Source of the DNA: an uncultured Verrucomicrobiae bacterium
Lineage (GTDB): Bacteria; Verrucomicrobiota; Verrucomicrobiia; Chthoniobacterales; JAFAMB01
NCBI GenBank assembly: GCA_963782115.1
Contig: CAWAIK010000003.1
Coordinates: forward strand, 160,001-224,000
Length of the DNA: 64,000 nucleotides
Direction: 5' to 3'
Part shown: piece by piece, positions 9,630 to 18,652 of the stretch
How the letters are laid out: each line of letters starts with the position of its first letter
Numbering within the stretch: position 1 is the stretch's first letter
Notes under the pieces: model-generated
Databases searched by the model: none
Seen by the model: only the letters and a program-made list of their open reading frames with translations
What the model was told of the DNA's origin: nothing
Translations under genes and position numbers: made by a program

Positions 9630-10453
9630 TGCTTCGCTGCTCGGAGTTCTCTCGAGGCAGTTATACCCTCATGTGCGCCTGGGTCGGGCAATCCACGTCC
9701 GGCGTAGTACACGAAAACGTCGTTGAGTGAAGTACTCTCGGTCGCTCCGGGCACGGAAGCCTTCAGGTTGCCTGGAGTATCTAGCGTAATCAATTGGCCA
9801 CGCTCAATGATGGCAATCCGATCGCATAACCGGTCGGCTTCCTCCATGTAGTGCGTTGTCAGGAGGATCGTAAGCTGCCTTTCGCTCTGGATCTTCTCGA
9901 GCATCTCCCAAACGTCGACGCGGGAGACCGGATCAAGTCCGGTGGTGGGTTCATCAAGGAAAAGAATCTTTGGGCTGTGCACAAGTCCTCGTGCGATCTC
10001 AACCCGGCGCCGCATGCCGCCCGAGAGAGTATGCACCTCAGCGTCGCGCCACTCCGTGAGACCAACGATTTCGAGCAACTCGGTAATCGCCCGGCGGCGT
10101 GCTTCGCGTCTTACACCGTAAAGCTTGGCGTAAATGCTCAGATTTTCCCGGACGGTGAGTTCCGTGTCGCTCGTCATCGCCTGTGGGATTACACCAATCG
10201 CCAGACGTGCGCGGTTAGGTGCCTGCGCCACGTCTTGGTCAAAGACCACAATGCGGCCGCTACCGATCGGCAGCACGGTCGTCATCATTCGAATCAGCGT
10301 ACTTTTTCCGGCACCGTTCGGGCCGAGCAGGCCGAAAGTTTCACCTTGAGCAACAGTAAACGAGACGTTGTCGACAGCGGTAAAATTGCCGAATTTTTTG
10401 CTAACATGTTCAACGCCGATCGCTGAGACTTCCTGTTCAATGTGCTTTGCCAT
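9626..10453 (-). CDS. ABC transporter ATP-binding protein (DrrA/NodI-like)
   Basis: Walker A GPNGAGKST, signature LSGGM, Walker B LFLDEPT. Confidence 0.95.
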   Translation of the reverse strand: MAKHIEQEVSAIGVEHVSKKFGNFTAVDNVSFTVAQGETFGLLGPNGAGKSTLIRMMTTVLPIGSGRIVVFDQDVAQAPNRARLAIGVIPQAMTSDTELTVRENLSIYAKLYGVRREARRRAITELLEIVGLTEWRDAEVHTLSGGMRRRVEIARGLVHSPKILFLDEPTTGLDPVSRVDVWEMLEKIQSERQLTILLTTHYMEEADRLCDRIAIIERGQLITLDTPGNLKASVPGATESTSLNDVFVYYAGRGLPDPGAHEGITASRELRAAKQ

Positions 10454-10458
10454 ACGCC

Positions 10459-11550
10459 CTATCCGCTCGCCAATTTATTGGGATAGACCGCCTTCTTGAG
10501 CTGCGCAGGGGTCAGCAACACTTTGGCCGTCATGCCGGGAGTAATCATGAGTTCTGGATTTGGCACGGCGATCTTGATTGCCACCGAACGGATATCGCGA
10601 TTGAGAACATTCAGATCGTATTGGGTAGCAAAATCGCCTTCGACGCCTTTGGTGAGCACCGTACCCTCGATGATCTGTCCCGAGGGTAATTGTACCTGAA
10701 GCTTTTCACCGACGGCGATTTGATCAGCATAGGTCTCCGGAATTCCGACGCGGACCCAGGTGCTCTGGGGATCGACGATGGTAGCCACAGGAGCGCTTGG
10801 GCCCACGATCTCCCCCTGTCGGGCGACAAGCACGGATATGACACCCGGAATCGGGGCGACTATCTGGGTGTAGCCGAGACGCGCTTGAGCGGCAATCAGC
10901 TCTGCCTCGGTATTGCGCAGCTGCGCTTTTATCGATTCGACCGCGCTCTCGGCGGCGCGCTGGCGATACTGACCCGCTTGGGCGTGCACCAAATCGGCCT
11001 CAGCCGCACGCACCTGTTCAGATCGTGCGCCCACCGTGGCCTGTTGCGTCCGCAAGTCAGCCGACATATGATCGAGATCTTGTCGGGCGGAGACTCCCTG
11101 TGTCGAAAGCGTTTCTGTTCGTTGAAAATCGCTTTGGATGCGTTGAAGCTGCGATTCGGACTGCGTCAGCTGAGCCTTTGCCATCGATAGCCTGGCCTGG
11201 GCGCCGGCCAGGTCACCAGCGGTCTCGGTTAGTGCGAGCTGATAGTTGGCCTCGGATTGGGCCAGCTGCGCGCGCAAATTCTCAACCCCGGCACGGTCAG
11301 CGTCCACATCGGCGTCGAGCTCAGCACTATCGAGTCTGGCGATCAGCTCGCCGGCCCGCACCCTGCTCCCCTCATCCACAGCAAGCCGCTCAAGAATGCC
11401 TTGGATCTTCGGACTGACAACGACCTGATTCGCGTCGACGACGCCCTCGACGATCAACCCCTCACTGTGATCCGCGGAAAGGAAGAAGTAGAGTGTCGCC
11501 GCCCCAAACAGTACCACGAAAAATATGATGATTGCAGGTTTTCCTTTCAT
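10459..11550 (-). CDS. HlyD-family membrane fusion protein (YbhG-like)
   Basis: N-terminal TM, lipoyl half-motifs (VDEGSRVRAGELIARLD; IVAPIPGVI), long coiled coil, PGMTA. Confidence 0.9.
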   Translation of the reverse strand: MKGKPAIIIFFVVLFGAATLYFFLSADHSEGLIVEGVVDANQVVVSPKIQGILERLAVDEGSRVRAGELIARLDSAELDADVDADRAGVENLRAQLAQSEANYQLALTETAGDLAGAQARLSMAKAQLTQSESQLQRIQSDFQRTETLSTQGVSARQDLDHMSADLRTQQATVGARSEQVRAAEADLVHAQAGQYRQRAAESAVESIKAQLRNTEAELIAAQARLGYTQIVAPIPGVISVLVARQGEIVGPSAPVATIVDPQSTWVRVGIPETYADQIAVGEKLQVQLPSGQIIEGTVLTKGVEGDFATQYDLNVLNRDIRSVAIKIAVPNPELMITPGMTAKVLLTPAQLKKAVYPNKLASG

Positions 11551-12245
11551 TGCCTTGATCCCGGTTTGGGGTTCATCCCGCTCTGGGCTTGGCCTCTAAA
11601 AAGGGCGCAGGTGATGAAGTCAATCGCCGCCGCGCGGCGCCTTCTGGCCGATACCTTCCTGGCGGGGGAAATGAATTGTCCGGCCAATGGAATGCCTCTT
11701 ACCGCGGTGCGCACCAGCATCAGGAGCAGCGGCAAAACCGCGTCGATATCGATTGGACGAAAGACCTCGCCCCGAACTCCCTCTTCAAGTACCGCACGGA
11801 ACTCAGCCAGCAAAGGTGAAATCCGTCGAAACAACCTGGGCGCTGTCTCGGGCGCTAAATCTCTCAAAAATATTTTTACGATATCCAGCTCCTGTTCCAG
11901 CATTCGGGCATATGCGGGCTGCGCGGCCAGTACCTTGAAATTGGCGTCCAGGAAGGCCAGGAGCTTCTCGCGCGGTCCATCGGCGGTACCGAGCGCACCA
12001 CGAAGCGCATCGGTCATCACCACGAACATCTGTTCGATTACGCCTTCGTACAGATGTTCCTTGCTCTCAAAGTAATAATAGAGGAGCGCTTTGTTGACGC
12101 CGGCGACCCTGGCGATTTCGTCCATCCGCGCTCCGGCCAGGCCCAGCTCGGCAAACTCCTTGAGCGCAGCGTCGAGAATAGTGGCTTTTGTAGCGGCGGC
12201 GTCTCGTTTGGCTTTGTGCGGTTCGATATTGGGAATTGCTTTCAC
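11547..12245 (-). CDS. TetR/AcrR family transcriptional regulator
   Basis: ILDAALKEFAELGLAGARMDEIARVAGVNKALLYYYFESKEHL helix-turn-helix. Confidence 0.95.
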   Translation of the reverse strand: MKAIPNIEPHKAKRDAAATKATILDAALKEFAELGLAGARMDEIARVAGVNKALLYYYFESKEHLYEGVIEQMFVVMTDALRGALGTADGPREKLLAFLDANFKVLAAQPAYARMLEQELDIVKIFLRDLAPETAPRLFRRISPLLAEFRAVLEEGVRGEVFRPIDIDAVLPLLLMLVRTAVRGIPLAGQFISPARKVSARRRRAAAIDFITCALFRGQAQSGMNPKPGSRQ

Positions 12246-12256
12246 CTGGAAGAATA

Positions 12257-12276
12257 TTAACTAACCATTTAGTCAA
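12257..12276. promoter_or_regulatory. Probable TetR operator palindrome
   Basis: TTAACTAA-ccat-TTAGTCAA, 7 of 8 positions symmetric, 11 bp upstream of the TetR start. Confidence 0.7.
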
Positions 12277-12416
12277 TTGCAAGCGCTCTTCTCGCCTCCA
12301 GAAGACGAGTGTCAGTTTGTCAGTGTCAGTCGGAGAAAAGAGAGTCCCCCCTCTCGAACTCTCTGCTTATCGTTCTCTAGCCCGTAACACGCACCGCACT
12401 GACACCGCACTGACAC

Positions 12417-12916
12417 GAATGGCGCGAAGTTAAGCAGGGTTTGGGATGGTTTTTTGCCTCCAAGAGGCGATAGATTTCAGGGTTCAACCCTGATCATTAT
12501 ACACAATTTTTCGGCCGGGAAGCAGTCGCCCAGCGCCACTGTCGATTGTCTGGAAAAGCATCGCTCGCCGGTGCGAACAAAATACAGGCTGGAAGCCTAT
12601 GCTACTTTACGCCGTCGCGTGGTTGCCGTGGGTTCGCGGAGATAGCGCCAAGATGTTTTCGAGAGATCGCTCGACGCTCCGGAAAGCAATGTAGCATAGC
12701 CTTCCAGCCTGTATTGTTCGCACCATCAACCGATTCTTTCCAGGTATCCTCCGTTCTCCGAATTGTGGATAAAGATCAGGGTTTCAGCCCTGGGAACCAT
12801 CCATCCACACACCGGTAAATCTGTGGAATTGACCACAGTGCGACAATGGAGAGGGCGAGGTTTATCCCTTACCCTCTGAAGAACCATCCCAAATCGCCCT
12901 TATCTTCGCGCCATTC
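12417..12916. mobile_element. Non-autonomous IS4-like element (MITE), 500 bp
   Basis: Imperfect ~38-bp terminal inverted repeats GAATGGCGCGAAGTTAAG...TTTGGGATGGTT / AACCATCCCAAA...CTTATCTTCGCGCCATTC; 11-bp flanking direct repeat CGCACTGACAC (12406-12416, 12917-12927); no transposase. Confidence 0.75.
12550..12743. repeat. REP-like inverted repeat doublet nested in the MITE
   Basis: GGTGCGAACAAAATACAGGCTGGAAGCCTATGCTAC (12570-12605) versus GTAGCATAGCCTTCCAGCCTGTATTGTTCGCACC (12691-12724), with outer arms CTGGAAAAGCATCG / CGATTCTTTCCAG. Confidence 0.8.
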
Positions 12917-12991
12917 CGCACTGACACCGGACTGACACTGACACTGACACTGACTACTGACTACTGACTACTGACTACTGGCTACTGACTG
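12917..12991. repeat. Short tandem repeats (ACTGAC / ACTGACT units)
   Basis: ACTGACACTGACACTGACACTGACTACTGACTACTGACTACTGACTACTGGCTACTGAC; inverse units (GTCAGT) at 12310-12330. Confidence 0.85.
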
Positions 12992-14380
12992 CCTCCGGCG
13001 GGCGCGATTGAATCGTTCAAGAGTTTCCCGGCGTTCCGCAGCATGATCGACGATTGGCATCGGATAACCTTTGGCCAGACGATCGATTGGCGGGTGAGTG
13101 AACCGCGTCGGATCCACATCTCTCAGCTCTGGTACCCACCCCTTAATGTATTTGCCAGCTGGATCGTAACTTTTGGTTTGGTTCCAAGGATTTTGCACAC
13201 GAAAGTACGGTGCGGCATCTGCTCCCGTTCCCGCACACCACTGCCAACCCCCATTGTTGGCAGCGATGTCTCCATCCACCAATTTCTGCATAAAATATTG
13301 TTCTCCTTTCCTCCAGTGGATGTGGAGATCCCTGGTCAGGAACATGGCTACGATCATCCTGACCCGGTTGTGCATGAAACCGGTCGCATTCAGCTCTCGC
13401 ATACCTGCGTCGACGATCGGAAAGCCGGTGCGACCATTGCACCAAAGCTGAAAAACCGAGTCATTTTCGTCCCATTGCAAGCCGGGAAACTGATCACCAA
13501 AATTGCGGTCCAGAACAGTCGGAAAATGTGCAAGGATCTGTATGTAGAACTCGCGCCAAACTAACTCGTTTACATAAGAATTGATGCTTTGGCGAGCTCT
13601 GGCGGATACCTTACTGCTGACCTCTAGACAATTCAGAAAGACCTGACGGGGCGAAAGTGTGCCAAATCGCAGATCCTGTGAGAGCCGCGAAGTCGCGTGC
13701 TCTCCGGGGAGGTTTCGCTTGTCCCGGTAAGCTGGCATCGCGCCATTCAAGAAGCTTGTCAGACGTTTCCGAGCCGCTTTTTCACCGGGCTCAATGATTT
13801 TCGACTCGGAGGTTAATCCCCAATAATCCAAAGTTGGAAGCGGAAGACTGGAAACCGTCGATGGAGTAGGTAATTTGCGGATCTTCGGTAAAAGCGAGGG
13901 CTTTTCCAGTTGATGCCATGCTTTCGCATAGGGAGTAAAGACACGGAATGGTTGACCCTCTTTAGTCAGCACCTCGTCCGGTTCAAAAATCGTAATATCG
14001 TTATAGCTGAAGATCTGAATTTGTATTTTTTTGGAAGCCTTTTCAAGCTGCTGCTGGATCTCGACACTGTAAGGATCCGTCCCGCGATTGAAAAAAATCG
14101 CCTTCGCGTGACTCTCATGAACTAGTTTTTCCAACTCCTGGACCGGATCACCTGCGCGCAGGATGAGGCGGCTGCCGATGGCCTCCAGGTTATTGCAGAG
14201 AGACTCCAAACATCCGCAAAGGAACTCTTGGCGGCTGGAACCAGTCCACGGGTGATTCTTCTTCCACCTGGAAAGAATGTAGACGGGGATGATTTCTTCA
14301 GCTTTGTTGGCAGCGTGCCAAAGCGCAGTGTTGTCGGTCACCCGCAGGTCGCGTCGAAACCAGTGGATGACTCGTCTCAT
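12968..14380 (-). CDS. phrB: Deoxyribodipyrimidine photolyase / cryptochrome family
   Basis: HWFRRDLRVTDN, TSRLS, ELVWREFY, GFMHNRVRMIVA, DGDIAANNGGWQW; start placed at MRRVIHWF (14380). Confidence 0.93.
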   Translation of the reverse strand: MRRVIHWFRRDLRVTDNTALWHAANKAEEIIPVYILSRWKKNHPWTGSSRQEFLCGCLESLCNNLEAIGSRLILRAGDPVQELEKLVHESHAKAIFFNRGTDPYSVEIQQQLEKASKKIQIQIFSYNDITIFEPDEVLTKEGQPFRVFTPYAKAWHQLEKPSLLPKIRKLPTPSTVSSLPLPTLDYWGLTSESKIIEPGEKAARKRLTSFLNGAMPAYRDKRNLPGEHATSRLSQDLRFGTLSPRQVFLNCLEVSSKVSARARQSINSYVNELVWREFYIQILAHFPTVLDRNFGDQFPGLQWDENDSVFQLWCNGRTGFPIVDAGMRELNATGFMHNRVRMIVAMFLTRDLHIHWRKGEQYFMQKLVDGDIAANNGGWQWCAGTGADAAPYFRVQNPWNQTKSYDPAGKYIKGWVPELRDVDPTRFTHPPIDRLAKGYPMPIVDHAAERRETLERFNRARRRQSVASSQ

Positions 14381-14660
14381 CTTTTTGGAGTACGTCGGTT
14401 CGACAGCAAGCGGTCGGGATTTCGCACCGGGAATTCTGCGTTTAGCTCGATCATGTGAACGATTCAGTTGGATTACGTCAGTAGCAGGGCCGCGGATGCG
14501 CTCTTGCTGATCGGCGGTCTGCGGCTTCGAAAATCTCTCCGAGCGCGCTGAGAAAAAGGGGAAATGCATGGGTCGAGATCGAACCTGAATCCCTTTGAGT
14601 GGATTGCGGAAGTGCGTCCGTCGACTGAATGGAGGCGTACAATGATTGTTACCTTCGGAA

Positions 14661-15122
14661 ATGAAACAGTACTTGTTTAGCTCGGAGCTTTGGCTCGCCA
14701 GTCGTCAAACGGAGATTTTTCCATTCTTTGCCGACGCGAAAAATCTTGGCTGCATCACTCCGCCGTGGCTGCACTTCGAGATCCTCACGCTGGGCTACAT
14801 TGACATGGGCGTTGGGACACTCATCGACTATCGGATTAGCCTTCACGGTATACCCGTGCAGTGGAGGACAAAGATAACGGCCTGGGAACCTCCTTTTCGA
14901 TTCGTTGATGAGCAGATTAAGGGTCCCTATCGGCTCTGGATTCACGAACACCGTTTTGAGAAGAGCGGGGCAGGCACCATGTGCTACGATCGCGTGAGAT
15001 ATTCGACTATTGGCGGTTGGATCGTCAATCGACTTTTCGTGGAACGCGATGTAAGGCAGATTTTTGCGTTTCGCTCGACCAAGCTCAACGAGCTTTTTGG
15101 CTCGGAGCGTTCTCTACTTTGA
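14661..15122 (+). CDS. SRPBCC (START-like) family protein
   Basis: FPFFADAKNL..ITPPWL, WRTKIT.WEPPFRFVDEQIKGPYRLWIHEHRF. Confidence 0.88.
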   Translation: MKQYLFSSELWLASRQTEIFPFFADAKNLGCITPPWLHFEILTLGYIDMGVGTLIDYRISLHGIPVQWRTKITAWEPPFRFVDEQIKGPYRLWIHEHRFEKSGAGTMCYDRVRYSTIGGWIVNRLFVERDVRQIFAFRSTKLNELFGSERSLL

Positions 15123-15139
15123 CGAGACGGTGCACCACT

Positions 15140-15450
15140 GTCTGCGTACGCACTGAACCAATTTTTCGAGATTATCCACCCGGAGCTTGGTCTGTTGGTT
15201 TAGTCGCCATTTTTCAGTCATGGCAACGGCCAATTGTAAAACCTCGATAGACCTTCCGGTCCCTGATATGCCGAATCAATTTGAAATATTGGAACTTGAG
15301 AATTCTCAGTCGGTTCTTCAAATAAAGGCGATCCAGGTTCGCCCAAGGGATCTGAAAAGCTGCGGGATGTCACCAATATTTGACGAAAGTCGTCCTGAAT
15401 GGCCCGGTTATCATCAATCACCAGGACGCGGTGGTTATAGAGCGGATTGA
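15140..15450 (-). pseudogene. Remnant of the N-terminal receiver domain of a hybrid kinase/response regulator
   Basis: NHRVLVIDDNRAIQDDFRQIL...FQIDSAYQGPEGL joined out of frame to IEVLQLAVAMTEKWRLNQQ; the central REC part is missing. Confidence 0.65.
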
Positions 15451-15763
15451 AGATACATTGAGTATTGTATTTATTAAATGTTATCGATCTCCCGATGAAA
15501 AGAATGCTCAAAAGTGAGAGGACCTCCTTTCGCGGCCGAGAATTGGCGAACCGAAGCCACGGACAATTGACGCCAGCTTGCCCAAGCCTGGATCTGCAGC
15601 CCATCTTTTTCCGGGTCGCCTCCCCATGTTCGAACATTTTATCGAGAGCTTGCCCTTCCGCCCGATTGGCTTTTATCCTCCCTTCAATGCGCAAAGAAGC
15701 ATCAGAGGAAGAAAGGCGAAGGCATTCCAGGAAGCCAAGCGTTCTCGCGGTAAGGCCATCACT

Positions 15764-16384
15764 GTGAAAAAACATCTTCAAGAAGTAATCACCGTAAGAA
15801 CCTTCAAAGAATATGTTGAAGAGTCACTATTGATCGTCTTCAGCGTTGTGCTGGCGCTATTTTTGACAATGCTATTTCAAAAACTTCATGAAGACAGCCA
15901 ATTGCGTGAAGTCATACACGAATTGCGGGAGGAGCTCATCAGCAATAAAAAGTCAGAAGAAGTACAGCTGCGCTATCATTTGCAGGTTTTGAAGAATATT
16001 GATTCGGCTTTGGCTGATCCGGCCATGGCCCAGCAGTTTATTAACAATGGCGCCCTGAACTTAAAAATCATCGCACCGGAAGGCGTGTTAAACCGTGATT
16101 TGAATGATGTGGTTTGGCAAGTCGCAAGACAAAATAACGTTTTTGCCAGGCTGGATTTGAGCACCTATAGCCTGTTGAATACTATCTACGATAACCAGCA
16201 ACGTATTATGAAATCTGAAAGCGAAGTTGCAAAAGTGCTGGAATCATGGGACTCACGCAAACCTGAAAATCTCAGGACCACCCTGATTCTTCTGAAAGAC
16301 AACTATCTTGGATGGGCCGTTGAAAGGGCGCCTGCATTGCTAACAAAATATCAGGAAGCGATCGACAAATTGAGCAATTACTAA
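15764..16384 (+). CDS. Hypothetical protein with one N-terminal TM helix
   Basis: Open frame; ESLLIVFSVVLALFL TM followed by a helical domain; visibly AT-richer than neighbours; start uncertain. Confidence 0.65.
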   Translation: MKKHLQEVITVRTFKEYVEESLLIVFSVVLALFLTMLFQKLHEDSQLREVIHELREELISNKKSEEVQLRYHLQVLKNIDSALADPAMAQQFINNGALNLKIIAPEGVLNRDLNDVVWQVARQNNVFARLDLSTYSLLNTIYDNQQRIMKSESEVAKVLESWDSRKPENLRTTLILLKDNYLGWAVERAPALLTKYQEAIDKLSNY

Positions 16385-16454
16385 TTCGGGCCCATCCATG
16401 GCCCCGAAGTCCGTATGACAATCATTTCGCTGCTGATTGCGCTATTCTGTCTGC

Positions 16455-18392
16455 ATGTCCAATGTTTCCCCTAGCTCGATCGTCAGTGCGAGCGAACTCG
16501 TGGCGCGCTACGGCGCTCAAACAGTGCTCGACAAGGCATCGCTAACACTGAGCGAAGGAGAAAGGGTCGGACTGGTTGGGCGCAACGGATCCGGGAAATC
16601 CACTTTCCTGCAAATCGTCGCTGGAGTTCTCCAGGCGGATACGGGTGAACTGGTCCGGCGTCGTGATCTTGTTACGGGCTACATGCCGCAAGCCCTGACC
16701 CTGGATGAAAGCGCTACTGTTTTCACAAATATTCGCGCCGGTGCGCAGCAAATTCTCGATCTAATCGCCGAATACGAGGGCCTTCTGGCAGAGAGCCCGC
16801 GAAGCGCTGCGCTGCTGGACCAGATTAATCACTTCGACGGGTGGCGGATTGAGCATCGAATCAGAAGCCTGATCGGCAACCTTAACGCTCCTGATCCAGA
16901 TCGAATTGTCGGGGAATTGTCGGGCGGAGAAAAGCGACGCGTCGCTCTCTGTCGCGCATTACTGGCTCGCCCGGATCTTCTGATCCTCGACGAACCGACC
17001 AATCACCTTGATACCGACTCGATCGAATGGCTGGAGGATTTCCTTGCGCGCTACTCAGGCACCTCTCTATTTGTGACCCACGACCGCTACTTTCTTGATC
17101 GCGTGGCCACCTCCATCGTCGAGCTCTCGCGTGGCAAGTTCTATCGGTACCAAGGTAACTACACGGACTTTCTTCTGGCCAGGGCGGCCCGGCAGGTCGC
17201 TGAGGAACTCCAGGAGAGCCAACGCCAGAAATTTTTGAAACGCGAACTGGAATGGGTGCGGCGGAGTCCGAGCGCGCGACGCACCAAATCCATTAACCGG
17301 GTCGAGCAATATTTTGAGTTGGCTGCGCGGGGGGCGCCCGAACCGGAACTTGACGTAGAGCTGATTGTGCCACCCGCGCCGAAGCTAGGGAATCGGGTGA
17401 TCGAGTTGCGTGGGGTGGGTATGGAGCTAGGTGCTCGCCGGCTCTTTGAAAATCTAAGCCTCGACATCCATCCGGGCGAACGGTTGGGTGTGGTTGGTCG
17501 CAACGGGCTCGGGAAATCTACGCTGTTAAAGCTCATGCTTGGGCAGTTGCATTCCTCGACCGGCGAGATAGAGATCGGCCCACGAACCGAGATCAATTAC
17601 GTAGATCAAATTCGAACGCTTCTGGACGATCAAAAGACCGTTTGGGAAGAAGTCGGTGAGGGAAGCGAATATGTGCGGCTTGGCGACGAGAGCATCACGT
17701 TGCGAGGATATTTGCGGCGCTTCCTTTTCACGGAGGACCAGATCAACACGAAAATTGAGTTTCTTAGTGGCGGAGAACGCAGCCGGATACTGCTTGCGAA
17801 GATACTTAAGCGCGGAGGCAATGTTCTAATGCTCGATGAGCCGACAAACGACCTCGATTTGGGTACGCTTCGTTTGCTGGAGGAGGCCTTGGTCGTGTTT
17901 GAGGGTTGCGTCATTGTCGTCAGCCATGACCGCTATTTCTTGAATCGGGTTTGCACGTCCATTCTAGCTTTCGAAGGAGATGGCGTGGTCAGGTATTCCA
18001 CGGGGAACTACGATTACTACCTCGAAAAGCGAGCCGAACGAATCGTATCGAGTGCGACCCTGCCGAAAACGGGCTCATCCGCTGCGAGCTCTGATCACCC
18101 GGCAGCCGGGCAGAGGCTTCGCAAGCTCAAGTGGAGTGAGCGTCAGGAGCTAGAAACGATCGAAGCCAGGATTCTAAATGCGGAGGAAGCTGTTGTCCGA
18201 ACTGAATCGCAGTTTGCCGACCCGGAATTTTTCGCCAAACACGGTCAGGATTGGCAGACGCTTGAGGCACAGCTCCAAGCCGCACGGCAAAATGTTTCTC
18301 AGCTTTACAGCCGCTGGGAGGAATTGGAACGAATTCGAGCCGAAGCTGATTCAGGAGTTGCAGGAGCCAGAAGTCAGGACGCTCAACCGTAG
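16455..18392 (+). CDS. uup: ABC-F family ATPase (Uup-like)
   Basis: Two ABC domains (GRNGSGKST/LSGGE/LDEPTNHLD; GRNGLGKST/LSGGE/LDEPTNDLD), no TMs, C-terminal coiled coil (KLKWSERQEL...YSRWEEL). Confidence 0.88.
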   Translation: MSNVSPSSIVSASELVARYGAQTVLDKASLTLSEGERVGLVGRNGSGKSTFLQIVAGVLQADTGELVRRRDLVTGYMPQALTLDESATVFTNIRAGAQQILDLIAEYEGLLAESPRSAALLDQINHFDGWRIEHRIRSLIGNLNAPDPDRIVGELSGGEKRRVALCRALLARPDLLILDEPTNHLDTDSIEWLEDFLARYSGTSLFVTHDRYFLDRVATSIVELSRGKFYRYQGNYTDFLLARAARQVAEELQESQRQKFLKRELEWVRRSPSARRTKSINRVEQYFELAARGAPEPELDVELIVPPAPKLGNRVIELRGVGMELGARRLFENLSLDIHPGERLGVVGRNGLGKSTLLKLMLGQLHSSTGEIEIGPRTEINYVDQIRTLLDDQKTVWEEVGEGSEYVRLGDESITLRGYLRRFLFTEDQINTKIEFLSGGERSRILLAKILKRGGNVLMLDEPTNDLDLGTLRLLEEALVVFEGCVIVVSHDRYFLNRVCTSILAFEGDGVVRYSTGNYDYYLEKRAERIVSSATLPKTGSSAASSDHPAAGQRLRKLKWSERQELETIEARILNAEEAVVRTESQFADPEFFAKHGQDWQTLEAQLQAARQNVSQLYSRWEELERIRAEADSGVAGARSQDAQP

Positions 18393-18601
18393 AATTGCGA
18401 TGAACGACAGAACCTTGATCAGCCCTTGAAACCGTCGGTTCCTTCTCGAGCACTTGGTCGCGGAGCGCACTCTGGCTCGCAACAACCAGGTAAGCTACTC
18501 TTATCTCGCGCCATTCCTGGCTGGCCCGTGCATTCCGTACCAGTGCCCCTTCCGTCAATTCTCGATGCCCGCGGCAGACACCTGGGAAATGTCATAAATC
18601 A

Positions 18602-18648
18602 ACGGCTGACCTTGGGACAGGGGGGACGGCTGACCTTACGGCTGACCT
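18602..18648. repeat. Three direct repeats of ACGGCTGACCTT
   Basis: Exact 12-mer at 18602, 18625 and 18637. Confidence 0.85.
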
Positions 18649-18652
18649 TAAC

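Noticed and set aside
12497..12773. DnaA boxes as a replication origin
   Set aside because: Only two matches, both inside a repeat element; no AT-rich unwinding region or dnaA/dnaN context
12300..12991. Repeat cluster as a CRISPR array
   Set aside because: Units are 6-7 bp tandem or inverted pairs, with no constant repeat-spacer periodicity and no cas genes
14381..14569. N-terminal extensions of photolyase (likewise ruvC, AAA, TPR and Rieske ORFs)
   Set aside because: Longest-ORF artefacts; family motifs and stop/start overlaps support downstream starts
18362..18389. AGGAGCC...AGTC...AACCG as an att copy of the tRNA-Thr 3' end
   Set aside because: The match is short and gapped, lies within uup, and is explained by the CAGGAG/CAGAAG repeat family
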